64,000 bases of DNA from Octopus sinensis. Its lineage: Eukaryota. Shown one piece after another: positions 24,110-37,460 of this stretch. The stretch lies in NCBI RefSeq assembly GCF_006345805.1, contig NC_043013.1, forward strand, positions 14,694,001-14,758,000. Direction: 5' to 3'. A program made the translations under genes and the position numbers. A model generated the notes under the pieces. It saw only the letters and a list, made by a program, of their open reading frames with translations, made no database searches and was not told the DNA's origin. The stretch's first letter is position 1. Every line of letters starts with the position of its first letter.

Positions 24110-24460
24110 ATTGAAATGCATTCCAACAATGGTGTCTCTGGAGAATACTGAACATCACTTACAGGAATAGAATTACAAACCTTGAAGTATTGATGAGAGC
24201 CAGTCTGCACAGCCTGCAGGAAATTGTGGTGGGAAGAAAAGTAAAACTTACAGGCCATGTTTTCTGACTGCCAAGTGAACAAATACTCAAAATGACTAGA
24301 GGAATGAAGCAAGAGGTGGAAACCCAAGAATCCAAAAATGCATGACACGCTACCTTCGAAGATATGAAGCAGTTGAACATCATCTGGGAAGATGTGGGCA
24401 ACTACATTCAAACCTGGGGTGACCAGAGATGTCTTGCTGCCCTATGTACAGGCTAACTTT
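24110..24460 (+). mobile_element. Decayed RTE LINE C-terminal fragment
   Basis: AFQQWCLWRILNITYRNRITNLEVL...GHVF remnant with stops. Confidence 0.7.
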
Positions 24461-24513
24461 TTGGGAGAAAATAAGACTAAGATTAAAGACAATGTTTGAA
24501 GCTCTTTCTAGTG

Positions 24514-25635
24514 CAGTAGTTCTCAACTAGGGTTCATATAAAATTTTAGGTATTCCTCACAACAAAATGGTATTGGGTTGTCCGGAAAGTTTGTGCCATT
24601 TTATAGTAGCTTACCTTTCGACTTATTTTAGAACATGGTTGAGTCTATAAAATAGGATTTGACTACACCTCCATTTAGAGCACAGTTTAAGCTATCTTTT
24701 TGTGGAAAAAGGTTTATGTTTCTATAACCTGTATTAATTCTGTAACCCTTTAAAGTGGAAGATAAGAAAGTTCATTTTCCGCACTTGATGCTTTGGGAAC
24801 CAGACAAAAATTGCTGCAGCTCGGGCTGGAATGTGTTACCCCACCTTCCATATTTACCAGATATTGCTCCTTCGGATTTCCACTTATTCAGGTCTCTGTA
24901 GAGTAGTCTTAATGGTAAAAATTTCAATTCCTTGGATGATGTAAAAAGATACCTTGATGAATTCTTTGCCATGAAACCCCCTCAATTCTGGGATGAGGGT
25001 ATTTTCAAGTTAAAGGAAAGATGGAAACACATTGTGCAAGAAAATGGTTCATATTTGGTTGATTAAAAATGTAATGGCAAGTATTTATTGACCTTTTCCT
25101 ATCCTTTAAAAATTGGCACAAACTTTCCGGACAACCCAATACATTGGAGATCCACAGTAGTAATTTGCTTTAGATGTATTTATTGGTATGTATTGCAAGA
25201 AACAGCTTGGTTACTTTCTCTAATGTTTTACATAGTCCACTCTACACAAGTTAATGTGTGAGAAACAAAATAGGAATTTTGGAAGAAGTTTCTATAAAAC
25301 TAGTTTTTAAATATGCATGTCTCTGGATGCAGGCCTAGCTGTTGGGGGTGCTTGTCTCCCCTTCATAAACATAAGGACACAGGAAATGTGTCAAAGCCGA
25401 CAGGAAGCGTCGATTCTTCCTAGGGCTAAAGAGCGGTGGTGTGATTCCCTTTACGGGACTGTCACTATAAGTTGACAATATACAACCGCTCTATCGTTCC
25501 ACCACTGCTCATATATCTCTGAGATATTTAGAAATTTAATATTTCTAGTTTTTAAACATTGAATCGCTATGGGGGTCCACCAGAATAAAATAGTAATTAA
25601 AAGGGTCCATAGATAAAAAATGGTTGGTGTTCACT
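24514..25635. mobile_element. Decayed hAT/Charlie-like MITE hosting the mariner
   Basis: Starts CAGTAGTTCTCAAC; a degenerate matching end lies near 25622-25635; interrupted by the mariner. Confidence 0.45.
24571..25141 (+). mobile_element. Internally deleted mariner (Tc1/mariner) transposon
   Basis: TA TSD and TIR TTGGGTTGTCCGGAAAGTTTGTGCCA. A transposase N-terminus (EDKKVHFPHLML) is fused to a C-terminus WNVLPHLPYLPDIAPSDFHLFRSL...KERWKHIVQENGSYLVD. Confidence 0.92.
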
Positions 25636-28358
25636 TCTTGATATAAAGGTAAAAATAATAGACAGCAACTCTCAGGCTGGAAGTGTATAACAAAGAATGT
25701 AGTTTTCAAAATGTACTTTCAGTATTGCCTATGTGAATCTTTCATCACCTCCAAAATGAAGTGCTTTGGAAAAAAGGCATAATCTCCAAAGAAATTATGT
25801 ATTTATTTCATAGTTCTCTATTCCCTTCTGTTAATCTTATGATTTTCAGAATAACCATGAAATTTCCATGGCTACTGCTTGTTATGATCTTCCATACTTT
25901 TCATTTGTATGGTTCATGTCCACTTTCAGTACCTGGTCATAGCATAATAGGCCCTACTCTATTGGCACACTGTTAATTCCAACAACGAGAGTTCCAGATG
26001 ATCCAATCAATGGAACAGCCTGCATGTGAAATTAGCATGCAAGTGATTGAGCACTCCACAAACATGCGTACCCTTAACATAGTTCTCAGGGAGATTTAGC
26101 ATGATACAGAATGGGACAAGGCTTGCCCTTTGAAATACAGGTACGACTCATTTTTGCCAGCTGAGTGGACTGGAGCAACGTGAAATGAAGCGTTTTGCTC
26201 AAGGACACAACGTGCTGCCAGGAATTGAACTCACGACCTTGCAATTATGAATCGAATATCCTAACCACTAAGCCACTCCCCCCGCCCCCTTCACACATGT
26301 CCCGCTACAACTATATGTGTGTATGTGTGTGTATGTATTAACTTTTACAAGGAAAAGATTGGCAGTGACTTTGAAGTTTTAGTTCGCTCACCTTCAGCAG
26401 ACTGTCGAATGAAGTCTAGCAAGTGAGAACTTCAAAGTCACTGTCAACGTATTCCTTGTAAAAAAAAATTTAATAAATGTGTGCTCTATGAAAAAAAAGT
26501 ATTGAGTAATCCTTTGCCAGATCCTGTCAAAGCGTTCAACCTATGCCAACACGGGAAACAGACCTTAAATGATGATGATGATGATGATTATAACTTGATA
26601 TAAAAACAAACATTAATATATGTGTGCATGCATGTGCGTGTATATGTGCATGCCTCTGTGTGTGTGTGTGTGTGTGTGTGCGTGTGTGTTACCTTGCCAC
26701 TTTGTATCTGGCACTTAGTATTTATATGTTCATTTATATACTTATTATTCAAATTTTCTTAATCTCTCATGCATGAATGTTATTGTGATTACAGAGCCAT
26801 AAATTTGCATATTCTTTGAAGTTGACAAGTCATATCCATATCATTAATGCTATTGTTGTTTTTGTTGTTATCGTTATCATCATCATCATCATCATCGTCC
26901 TCTCCGTGGAAGAAGAAATAGTTGAATATATTATTGATTGAGTATTTATCCACCAGTGAAATCATCAGTGTTCAGCTTGGCTACATGAATGAATGAATGA
27001 ACGAACCAGCAAATAAATGAATGAATGAATACATCATAAGACAAAGTATATTATTAGCACGGAGCTTTGTTGAACGGTGTGTTTACTATAATTTGGAGAA
27101 AGAGAAAATTTTTTTTAATGGCATAGTAACCAAGAGAAAAGGTAGCTCCTGCGACACTTTACAGGGGCCACTTGACCGAAAAGAGGGGCTGGAGTTGTCC
27201 CTCAGTCCAAAGACTTGTCCTTTGTGATCATAACAGATTGGACTCAATTAAAGGTGAGGGAACTCAATTAAAGGTGAGGTGGTGGTGTTAAGAGACAAAT
27301 TACATTCAATGCCCAAGAACAGGAATGATCCTTTTTGGTGGGCCTCAGCACAGTTTCCACCCGCCCAGTTTTCTATCACAAGGGTTTAGTCAGTGCAGAT
27401 CTGTATTTGACACTTGTCTAAAATTCCATGCTATGAGATCGAACCCACATCTCATGCGGTTGCAAAGCCTATTTCCTAACTGCACTACTAATGTCTGCAC
27501 CTATTTAAAGATTGCTTGGCTGTTTGCTGTTCTTTGCTTCCTGTTACAGAAATAGCAACTGATATAGGTTAAGACAGACAGGAGACAAATTCAGGTGTGA
27601 AGATAGAGGTGGGGGATTTTAGATGATTGTTAGAAATAATGGTGGAGGTGGTTGCTGTGGTTTAAAGCAGACCTAGCTATGACCAAAAGCATTCCAGTCA
27701 TGACCAACCATCCTGTCTTTTGAATAAGCACAGTGAACTAGGGATAATTTCATGAAATAAGAGAGTGTCATTTTATTGAGGTTTGGCTGCTATTTATAGC
27801 AGATCAAGTAGGGAATAGGGGCTCCCTTATTGGCTTGCAGGTTTGACAGTGGTTGTATTAGTGTGTATGTGTGTATCTGCAAGTGTATATGTCTGTGCAT
27901 ATATCTGTATATATTTGTCTCTGTGCATGTATGCATTTATATACCATAAGCAGGACTGTATAGGTCTGTACACAAAAGCATTGTTTTTGAGTCTGACTCA
28001 TCACTTTTACTACACAAGACCTCCACCATCGTCTTTGACCATTGTAAAAGAGTTACTTGTAGAGACACCACATTTCATTATGCAACCATAATGTACTACA
28101 GTATATTAAACACTTTTTAAGTCAATAGTGTATCCTGTGTTAGCAGTGCTTATTAAATCACTTTAGGTTACAGCTACAGATTCTCTATAGAAATTATAGC
28201 TTGCACTGATTTGTTACATTTAATAGCCAAATATGCCTAATGTAAACAATGCAATCAAAGACGGAAAAATAGGTAATGGTTGTATATGCATGCTTCAAGA
28301 GTTCTTATTCCTTCTTCAGCACCACATCCAACCTATTTACTATCTGCAAACTTATTAC

Positions 28359-28586
28359 TTAACCCTTTTGTTACCAACCTGGCTGAAACCGGCTCTGGTT
28401 CTGACTACAAATGTCTTGTTTTCATAAGTTTTGAATTAAAATCTTCCACCAAACCGTAGTCATAATTTATGTTCCTAACACTACCTGAAAGATAACTAAG
28501 TTATTTTACTAAATTTTTTGTTATAATTAAAGTAATTGAAAGAAACACCAAGCATCTCAACATAAATACAGTAACAAGAGGGTTAA
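28359..28586. mobile_element. piggyBac-type MITE family P1 (diverged)
   Basis: TTAA-CCCTTT...AGAGGG-TTAA; body aligns with 6553-6779. Confidence 0.85.
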
Positions 28587-31277
28587 ATATCTATTAGATA
28601 TAGCAGTGTAACATTATTGGATGGTATGTACATATAAATTGTAGGGACACCTTAAATGAAATAAACCCAATTAAATATGTAAAACTTGCTTTTTGAGATT
28701 AAAGCATTGTTTGAATATAAAATTTGAATGTAACATGGAAGGCTGCATTAAATGAAATATAAATTAGGTTGGGAAAAAGGTAGAAAAGTTTACCTTTACA
28801 AAATTTACAAAAAACAAAAAAAACAGGATTGACCCTTTTGATACCAACATACTTGAGACTGCCCTTGATTCTGTTGTATGTACAAACTTCTTGTTTTAAA
28901 GTGATCTAAATTGAACCCCCCTCCATCAAGATTTTGTGTTAATTTATATTCTAAACACCAGCTTGAACCCTTTAGCATCTAAATTACTCTTTTAAATGTC
29001 TGAGACCCCCTTCAGTCACGACACTGACCATGGGATTGGACCTAGAAAGTTACCCTCCCAGGCACAAGTCCGGGCAAGGTTGTTTATCGAAGACCAGCAG
29101 TTGTCCATGCATAACTGCCTCCCCCTCTCCATGCCATCAGTGTTATCTAACAGAAAGGCTAGGGCCGATATAGCTTGGCACTCATGACGTCGCAACTCGT
29201 TTCTACAGCTGAGTGAACTGGAGCAACGTGGAATAAAGTGTCTTGCTCAAGATTACAACACACAGCCCGGTCTGGGATTAGAACTCACAACCTTGTGATT
29301 GTAAGCTCAATGCTCTAACCACTTAGCCATGCCCCTTCACTACTTTTAAATGTAATACTTATTTATTCACATTGTTTTGGAATTAATCAGGCATTATCTC
29401 ATAGCTTTGAGATTTCAGTGATGTGATTATTTATTTATAGAATGGCATTGTAGGATAGGTATGAGAGGCTGAATGTGGCCAATTTGAACATAAGAAAAAA
29501 GTAGATTATTTTGGCTTTATATGGTTGGTTTAAATGCTAAAGGGTTAATAATGATAGTTATTTTATTAAATTCTTCATTATCTTAAAAAAGAAACAAAGG
29601 CATAAAATTTCAGCAGAAATACGGCAACAAAAGGGTTAAATCAAAGAACAAACCCCAAATTTACTAACATCTTGTTCTTAGAAACAGAATTGCTTCTAAC
29701 CAGATCTGCCATCATTGAAACCTTTAAATCTGATTTGATTATTTTTCATTATCATTTAAAATCCATGTTCCATGCTGGCATTGGTTGGATGGTTTGACAA
29801 GATCTCTGATGGACTCAAGGTCTGCATTGTGTTCTAGTGTCTCCTTTGGCACGGTTTCTATGGTTGGATGCCTTTCCTAACACTGGCCACTTTCCAGTCT
29901 GTATGGTATGCTTCTTTCCATGCCACTGGCACCAGTGAGGTTGCTATGTAGTTGACGAGAGTATGAACATTATGCTAAGAAATGAGTAGAGAGGGGTAAA
30001 GTATAAGAGAAAAGGGCCAGAGCAGAACAGGTTTCTTGCAGCAGAGGACTACCTGATTTCTCAATTTTTAGAAAAGAAGTCAGGCGTGATTAGGTGAAGC
30101 TAGAAGCAATGAAATAGTGGCAATGGGGTGTCAGGATGGACCTTTGAGGTACAAGGAGGAGAAGAACCACTAAGTCATGGAGACATAAGCACAGTAACAC
30201 TAGTTATCAAGTGGTAGGGACAAACGCACACACATCTATTTGTGTGTGTGTATGTGTGTACACACAATGGGCTTCTCTCAGTTTCCGTCTATCAAACCCA
30301 TGCACAAAGCTTTGCTCAGCTTGTGACTATAGTAGAAGGCACTTGTCCAAGGTCCCACACAGTAGAACTGGACCCAGAACTATGTGGTTGGAAAGCAAAC
30401 ATCTTACCACACACTTAAAATATAAAATAAACTATGGAAAGTAAAGAACTAAATTGTATTTAACATATTCAAATTAATGTACTTCTAAAGCACACGAAAA
30501 AACATTCGAGCGAGGTTGTTGCCAGTGCTGCTGGACTGGCTCCTGTGCAGTTGGCATGTAAAGAGCACCATTTGAGCATGGCCGTTGCCAGTACCGCTTG
30601 CCTGTGGCATGTAAAAGCACTCACTACACTTTCGGAGTGGTTGGCGTTAGGAAGGACATCCAGCTGTAGAGACTCTACCAGATCAGATTGGAGCCTGGTG
30701 CAGCCATCTGGATCACCAGACCTCAGTCAAATCGTCCAACCCATGCTAGCATGGAAAGCGGATATTAAACGATGATGAGGATGATGATGATGATATGACA
30801 GCAATGCTTGTTACCAGCATCACCTTACTGGCACCTGTGCTGGTGGCATGTGTAAAAGATTCGAGCGAGGTCGTTGCCAGTACCGCCTGACTGGCCCCGT
30901 GCCGGTGGCACGTAAAAAGCACCCACTACACTCTCGGAGTGGTTGGCGTTAGGAAGGACATCCAGCTGTAGAAACTCTGTCAGATCAGATTGGTGCCTGG
31001 TGCAGCCATCTGGTTCACCAGACCTCAGTCAAATCGTCCAACCCATGCTAGCATGGAAAGCAGACGTTAAACGATGGTGATGATGATATACATAAAACTG
31101 ACCTTGCCTGTGCTTGTGCCACATAAAAAGCACTGAGTCCACTCTGTTGAGTGGTTAGTGTTTGGAAGGGCATCCAGCTGTAAAAATCCTACCAAAACGG
31201 TCACAGAAGCTTGGTCAGCTTCTGTCAAACCATCCCACCTATGCCAGCATGGAAGGCAGACTTAAACGATGATGATG

Positions 31278-31317
<40 letters not shown>

Positions 31318-31949
31318 TACACACGTATAATTATATCAAATATAAACATGTAATTTTTTTTTTAGTTAACATATAAATTTTATATGTCTCTCAAGCAGAC
31401 ACATCATAATTAGTCTTAACAAGCTGTTGCTGCAGAAACACAGCTAATTAACAATTAATATCAATGTGGAGTAATTAGTAGAGAATTTATTGTATGAACT
31501 CTATGACATTATTTCATGTGTGCTTGTGTACAACTTTGTGTGTATGTATGTATAAGTATGTATTGTATTGTGTGTATGTGTTTGTATATATGTAAGAGTA
31601 ATTGTATGTGTAATTGTGTAAGTATTATTGTTTATGTATCTGTGTGTATGCATATCTCTTTATTTGTCTGTGTATTTGTATGTGTGTGTCTGAGTGTCTG
31701 TCTGTCTGTCTATATATATATATACATATACGAAATGAGTTCTTTCTTATATACCACTCTGTATAAAAACCAGTTTGTCTGGAGCTCATCCACGGATTTG
31801 CAATATAGAATTGTATGAGCCATAACCTTGGACCCTACCACAAGAGTACCTGGAATTCTTCACTAATCTAAGTCATATTGTTAACCTGGCATGCCAACAA
31901 AGCTTATGAAGTATTTTGCCCAAATTGATAATCCTCCACTCTTTGTTTT

Positions 31950-31986
<37 letters not shown>

Positions 31987-31987
<1 letters not shown>

Positions 31988-33006
31988 CATCGTTTTTGTC
32001 TCGGGAGACAATGGAGTTGCGCATAAAATAGTCTTGTCCGGCTTTTAAATTTCATGTCCTGATACATTTCCTGCTGTGGCTGTGTAGTCCTATCCTGGAC
32101 AAACACTCCCTCTGGCAGGTACCACAAATGTAGCGAAGACTGTTCCTGGCTGGTTGTAATGCCATAGTTTCTTGTTGACGTCTTTTCTTGTCTTTCCATT
32201 TCTCCTCACTCTCTCTGTCACTCCTTTGTATTCCCTCTTTTACGGTGCATCGCCAATCTCCACGGTTGCCGGCAACTGCCTCCCAACCACTAATATTGAT
32301 GTTGCAGGCCTTCATGTCCCTCTTGTAAACATCCTTGTAACGTAAGAACGGTCTACCCACAGACCTAGTACCCCTAGCAAGCTCTCCGTAGAGTATGTCC
32401 TTGGGGATTCTGCCATCTTTCATACGGCTAACATGCCCAAGCCATCTCATACGTCTTTGTGTGAGGAGTGCAAACATGCTTGGTATTCCTGCTTGCTTGA
32501 GGACATCTTTATTGGGGATATGATTCTGCCATTTGATGCGGAGGATTTCCCGGAGGCAGCGCAGGTGAAAAATGTTTAGGCAATGCTCTTGGCGTGTGTA
32601 TAGCGTCCAAGTCTCACTTCCATACAGTAGAGTGCTAAGTACACATGCCTGGTAGATCTTCATTTTCGCGGTCTTGGTCAGCTTATTGTTGTCTCACGCC
32701 CGTTTGGAGAGTTGGGCCATCGCAGCAGCTGCCTTGCCAATGCGTATATTGAGCTCAGCATCAAGGGATAGGTTGTAGGTGATGGTAGAGCCAAGATAGG
32801 TAAACTTCTCCACCTCTTGTAATCTGTGGTCTCCAATATGTATGATTGGGCTGTCCGATGTAGCCTGACCCATGATGTTGGTCTTCTTAAGGCTGATAGC
32901 TAAGCCAAAGTTGTTACATGCTTGCTCAAAACAGTTAATGAGCCTTTGGAGGGCTTCTTCTGTGTGTGATACCAGAGCGGCATCATCAGCAAATAGCATC
33001 TCCAAC
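31987..33006 (-). mobile_element. 5'-truncated RTE LINE (type 3) with RT C-terminal half and C-terminal zinc finger
   Basis: LFADDAALV...KTNIM...FTYLGS (32694-33006), a frameshift, then LLYGSETW...RRMRWLGHVSRM...YICGTCQRECLSRIGLHSHSRKC. Flanked by (TA)n on both sides. Confidence 0.95.
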
Positions 33007-34104
33007 ATATATATATATATATATATATATAGGTATACATGTGCGTGTGTAATGTTGTGTATATTTGTGTGTTGAACCATTGAGGACTGCATTTAAGGAT
33101 GAGTGTAGTGGACCTGAGTGAGGCAGAGAAATGTTCTGTTGTGAACAGCTGGTCTTCAGCATCATAATTATCATTGCCAAGTCATTGTCATCTTCATCTA
33201 TTCTCCTATGCTAGGACAGTTTGGACAGATATACAATCTAGCCTTCACCCCCATTCCTCGTGTTATCTTTTCTCCCTAAAGTCCGAGATTCTCATGTCTG
33301 ACCTCATCATACAAATAGCAATCTTAGCAATATCCTGGAAGAAGATAAAATTCTAAATTTCACTGTTCTACATCCTAGGGTGGGAATTATTGATCCAAAG
33401 TTCTATTTTATTTTATTTATGGTATTTCGTGAGATGAAATATCCAGTCAATTAAAAAAAAAAAACCTCCAAAATACTGAAATGATTTTATGAACCAAAAT
33501 TGGAATAAGATTGAAATTCTAATGCAAAATCAGTTTTAAACAAAAGTAAAAGGGCCCATGCATGAGTGTGTGGTTAAGAAATTTGCTTCTAAAATGAGTA
33601 GTTTTGGGTTCTGTCTTCCTGTGTGGCAACATGGCTGAGTGTTTTCTACATAGCCCCAGGCCAACTGATACCTTGGAAGTGAATTTGGTAGATGAGAACT
33701 GAAAGAAGCCCTGGGTGTGTTTGTATGTATGTATTTATCTGTATTTATGTATCTGTGGCCGTTGCCAGCGCCGCCCCAACTGGCCTCCGTGCCGGTGGCA
33801 TGTAAAAAGCACCATCCGATCGTGGCCGTTTGCCAGCCTCATCTGGCACTTGTGCAGGTGGCATGTAAAAAGCACCCACTACACTCATGGAGTGGTTGGC
33901 GTTAGGAAGGGCATCCAGCTGTAGAAAAAATGCCAGATCAGACTGGGCCTGGCGCAGCCTTCTGGCTTCCCAGACCCCAGTTGAACCGTCCAACCCATGC
34001 TAGCATGGAAAACGGACGTTAAACAACAATGATGATGATTATGTATGTATCTGTGTGTATGTATGTGTGTATGCACCTGTATGTGTGTATGTATTATTTT
34101 TCTT

Positions 34105-34328
34105 TACTACCTGCAAGGGGCTAAACATAGAGGGGACAAACAACGACAGATAAACGGATTAAGTCGATTACATCGACCCCAGTGTGAAACTGGTACTTTA
34201 TTTATCGACCCCCCTAAAGGCTGAAAGGCAAAGTCGAACTTGGCGGAATTTGAACTCAGAACGTAACGACAGACGAAATACCACTAAGCATTTCACCCGG
34301 CGTGCTAACGCTTCTGCCAGCTCACCGC
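34105..34328 (-). mobile_element. SINE family B
   Basis: ggtgagctggcagaa head, gttcaaattcc B-box, gcctttca...gtcgataaa..aagtaccag central motif. Many further copies (36590, 37165, 52500-53700, 56200-59020, 61683, 62670-63500). Confidence 0.85.
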
Positions 34329-34995
34329 CTTGTGTGTATGCATGTATCTGTGTGTTCATTTGTATAGATGTGTGTGTGTGTGTGTTTACATTTGTTCCTG
34401 ATGTTCAGTATTGTTGTTGTTACTTTTGTCAACTAATCATCCATTTGCTTTGTACCTTCAAAAAAAGAGACCCCTTACATAAAAAACAGAGAAAAAAGAA
34501 ATTGGTGACTAGAGAGGCATCATGTTTGTGTTGAATAAAATCAGCCTTTTTGATGTCAAACTGCCCGAGACCACCCCTGGTGCAATGATGCAGACGTCAT
34601 ATTTTAAGGTGTTTAAAAGAAAAACCTTACCATAAGGTTCCGTGTTAATTTATGTTCCAAACATCACCTTAATAATAATTATTTTAGTAAATTCTTTATT
34701 ATTTGCAAAATAAATTGAAACAAAGGCAGTGTATTTCAACCGAGTTATAACAAGAGGGAGGCTTAAAAAAAACTTAGGAGAGGAGAAATTAACCTGTCGT
34801 TGCCAAGAGTGTGCTGTCCTCCCCCCTCCATACATGGCGGATTCCAAAAACAAAGTATTCAGAGAGACAATATTGCTTAATAGCATGAGAAGAGAAATTG
34901 TTTTCAAATCAAGAAAGTAGTGATGATATGGTGGCTGTGGGGTGGGGTGGGGGGTTAGCAGAATTTAATGAATAAAAGAAAAATAAGCAAGGAAT

Positions 34996-35103
<108 letters not shown>

Positions 35104-36075
35104 AGCTTAGAATTACATTTGCTATTCTGTCTCCATTAAACAATGTAGAGTAAGAGAAGGAAGCAGAAGAGGAAGAAGGTATCATCTGAAGAAGCAATCT
35201 TAAGATTGGACAACAGTTGCAACAGAACTACAAATTGTCTGGATATTAGGTGGGGAAAAAAATCAAAATCAATTTTTTTTTTTATTAATCTTTCTCTTTT
35301 TCGTAGAGGGGATTTTTCTGTTTCATTATGTTTATCAAAGAATTTTTTTTTGTATTTAGATTAAATATTTTTGTCCTCATAGACAAGAGCTAGTAAATTC
35401 TTGTCTTGATTACCTCTTCAATCCACTTCATTTTTGTTATTGTTGTTGTACCAGTATGATGATCATCATCATCATCTTAGATCTAATTAGCCTTTTGTCT
35501 GTTTGATGTTGCTAGGCAATCATTCATTTTACTATTAGGTTAGTAAAACGGATCATTCATTTTATGACCGTTTTTTTTTTCCGTGCTAATACAGGTAAAG
35601 TTAATATAATGTTGAAGTGTTGTTTTACAGCTGGATGCTCTTCCGGTCACTAACCCTTACCTGTCTTTCAATTTCTCATACTTACAAAGGTTCAAAGCAA
35701 GTGGACAAGTTGTTGATAGAAGTGACATCAACAGCACCACTTGTGGAAACAGTTGCAGAGTGCAAATGTAAAAGAGTACACACACATATACATACACACA
35801 CACACACACACGTACACACATACACACACACACACACACACACAGATGATGGATATCTTTCAGTTTCCATTTCCCCCAAGAAAATTTCCACAAGGCTTTT
35901 GGTTGGCCTCGGCCATACTAGAAGGCACTTAGACACTTGTCCAAGGTACCACTCAGTGGGACTGAACCCTAGACCTTGTGGCTAAAATGCAATCTTCTTA
36001 ACTATACAGTCATACCTGTGCCTATGTCATACTAATCTAATAAACTTGTACTAAGTTAATAAACCAACCACTGTA

Positions 36076-36295
36076 TTAACCCTTTAGCATTTAAACCAGC
36101 CATATCCAGCCAAAACATTCTACCTGTTCTATGTTCAAACTGGCTGGATCTGACCTCTCACACCACCCTGCAATGTCATTTTAAAAATAAGCTACCACAT
36201 CATCAAAATCTCAAAGTTACATGACAATGCATGCTTAATTCAAAACAATGTGAATAGATAACCTTTACATTTGACAGAATGACCCGAATGCTAAT
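36076..36295. mobile_element. piggyBac-type MITE family P2
   Basis: TTAACCCTTTAGCATTTAAACC start. Related copies at ~29340-29547, 38170-38398, 57545-57746 and 63121-63348. Confidence 0.75.
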
Positions 36296-36816
36296 GAGAA
36301 TGGGGCTAATCAATTTCTACGAAATATTTACTGATTTTTTTTTTTTTACCTAGTTTTGTCTTTTGCTTCTTTTATTCTGTTTTTTTTTCTCTGTTCTTCC
36401 TGTTTCTTCTCACTCTCTCTCTCTCTCCATATTAGATTGCCATATATTGTTGTCTATTGATGTGTCTTTACCATTTGCTTCATGTAAATCCTCCCCACCA
36501 CACCATTTTCTCTTTTGCATTTCATCTTTGTACTGTCCTCAGTGATCAGTCCTTGTGGCCAGTAATAATAATAATAATAGTAATAATAATCCTTTCTACT
36601 ATAGGCACAAGGCCTGAAATTTTGGGGGGGGGAAAGTCAATTACATTGACTCTAGTACTCAGCTGGTGCTCATTTTTATCGACGATGCTGACAGGATGAA
36701 AGGCAAAGTTGACCTTGGCTGAATTTGAACTTAGAATATGAAGACAAATGAAATACTGCTAAGCACTTAGCCCAGTATGCTAACAATTCTGCCAGGTCAT
36801 CACCTTAAAAATTATA

Positions 36817-37096
36817 GTAATAATAATAATAATATCAATAGTATTAATAGTAATACTAATAATGGTTTCAGCTTTCGGGGTCAATAAATTAAGTACCAGT
36901 TGCATACTGGGGTCTATCTGATTGACTGGCCCTCGCTTCCAAAAATTTCAGGCCTTCTGCCTAGAGTAGTAAAGATAAGGGTTTCAGCTTTTGGCTTAAG
37001 GCAAGCAATTTCAGGGGAAGGAGTAAATTGATTTCATCGACCCTGGCAGCATTTGAACCCAGAATGTAAATATTAGGAAGACATGCCACTAAGCAT
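36817..37096. repeat. Local direct duplication (composite of AAT tract and two SINE-B fragments), copy 1
   Basis: Same junctions as 40396-40700. Confidence 0.85.
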
Positions 37097-37460
37097 TTTT
37101 CCCTGCACAGTAACAATTCCACCTGATCACTGCTTTGATAATGATACTAATAATATGTGGATAAGGTGGCGAGCTGGCAGAATCGTTAGCACGCCGGGCG
37201 AAATTCTTAGCGGTATTTCGTCTGCTGTTATGTTCCAAGTTCAAATTCCGCCGAGGTCGACTTTGCCTTTCATCCTTTCGGGGTCGATTAAATAAGTACC
37301 AGTTACGCACTGGGGTCCATATAATTGACTTAATCCGTTTGTCTGTCCTTGTTTGTCCCTTCTGTGTTTAGCCCCTTGTGGGCAATAAAAAAATAACTAA
37401 TAATATGTGGTTATAATTGATATGTTTTCTGATGGCTCTCTCTGTTTTCTCTTTCTCTAG

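Noticed and set aside
27242-27279. 18-bp direct repeat actcaattaaaggtgagg
   Set aside because: Simple slippage duplication with no further structure.
31730-31860. Minus-strand open frame GTLVVGSKVMAHTILYCKSVDELQTNWFLYRVV
   Set aside because: Weak donor, no recognisable homologue, adjacent to a LINE; insufficient support.
34628-34640. Minus-strand ATG|gtaagg suggesting a first exon head-to-head with DMXL
   Set aside because: It lies inside a decayed TTAA MITE (~34545-34765).
34936-34956. G-quadruplex candidates here and at 57407-57423
   Set aside because: Only three G-tracts of three or more; not a canonical four-tract motif.
35676-35729. Possible 54-nt minus-strand exon (ccacaag| ... |gtaagt)
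   Set aside because: Isolated, no homology, and expected by chance in AT-rich DNA.
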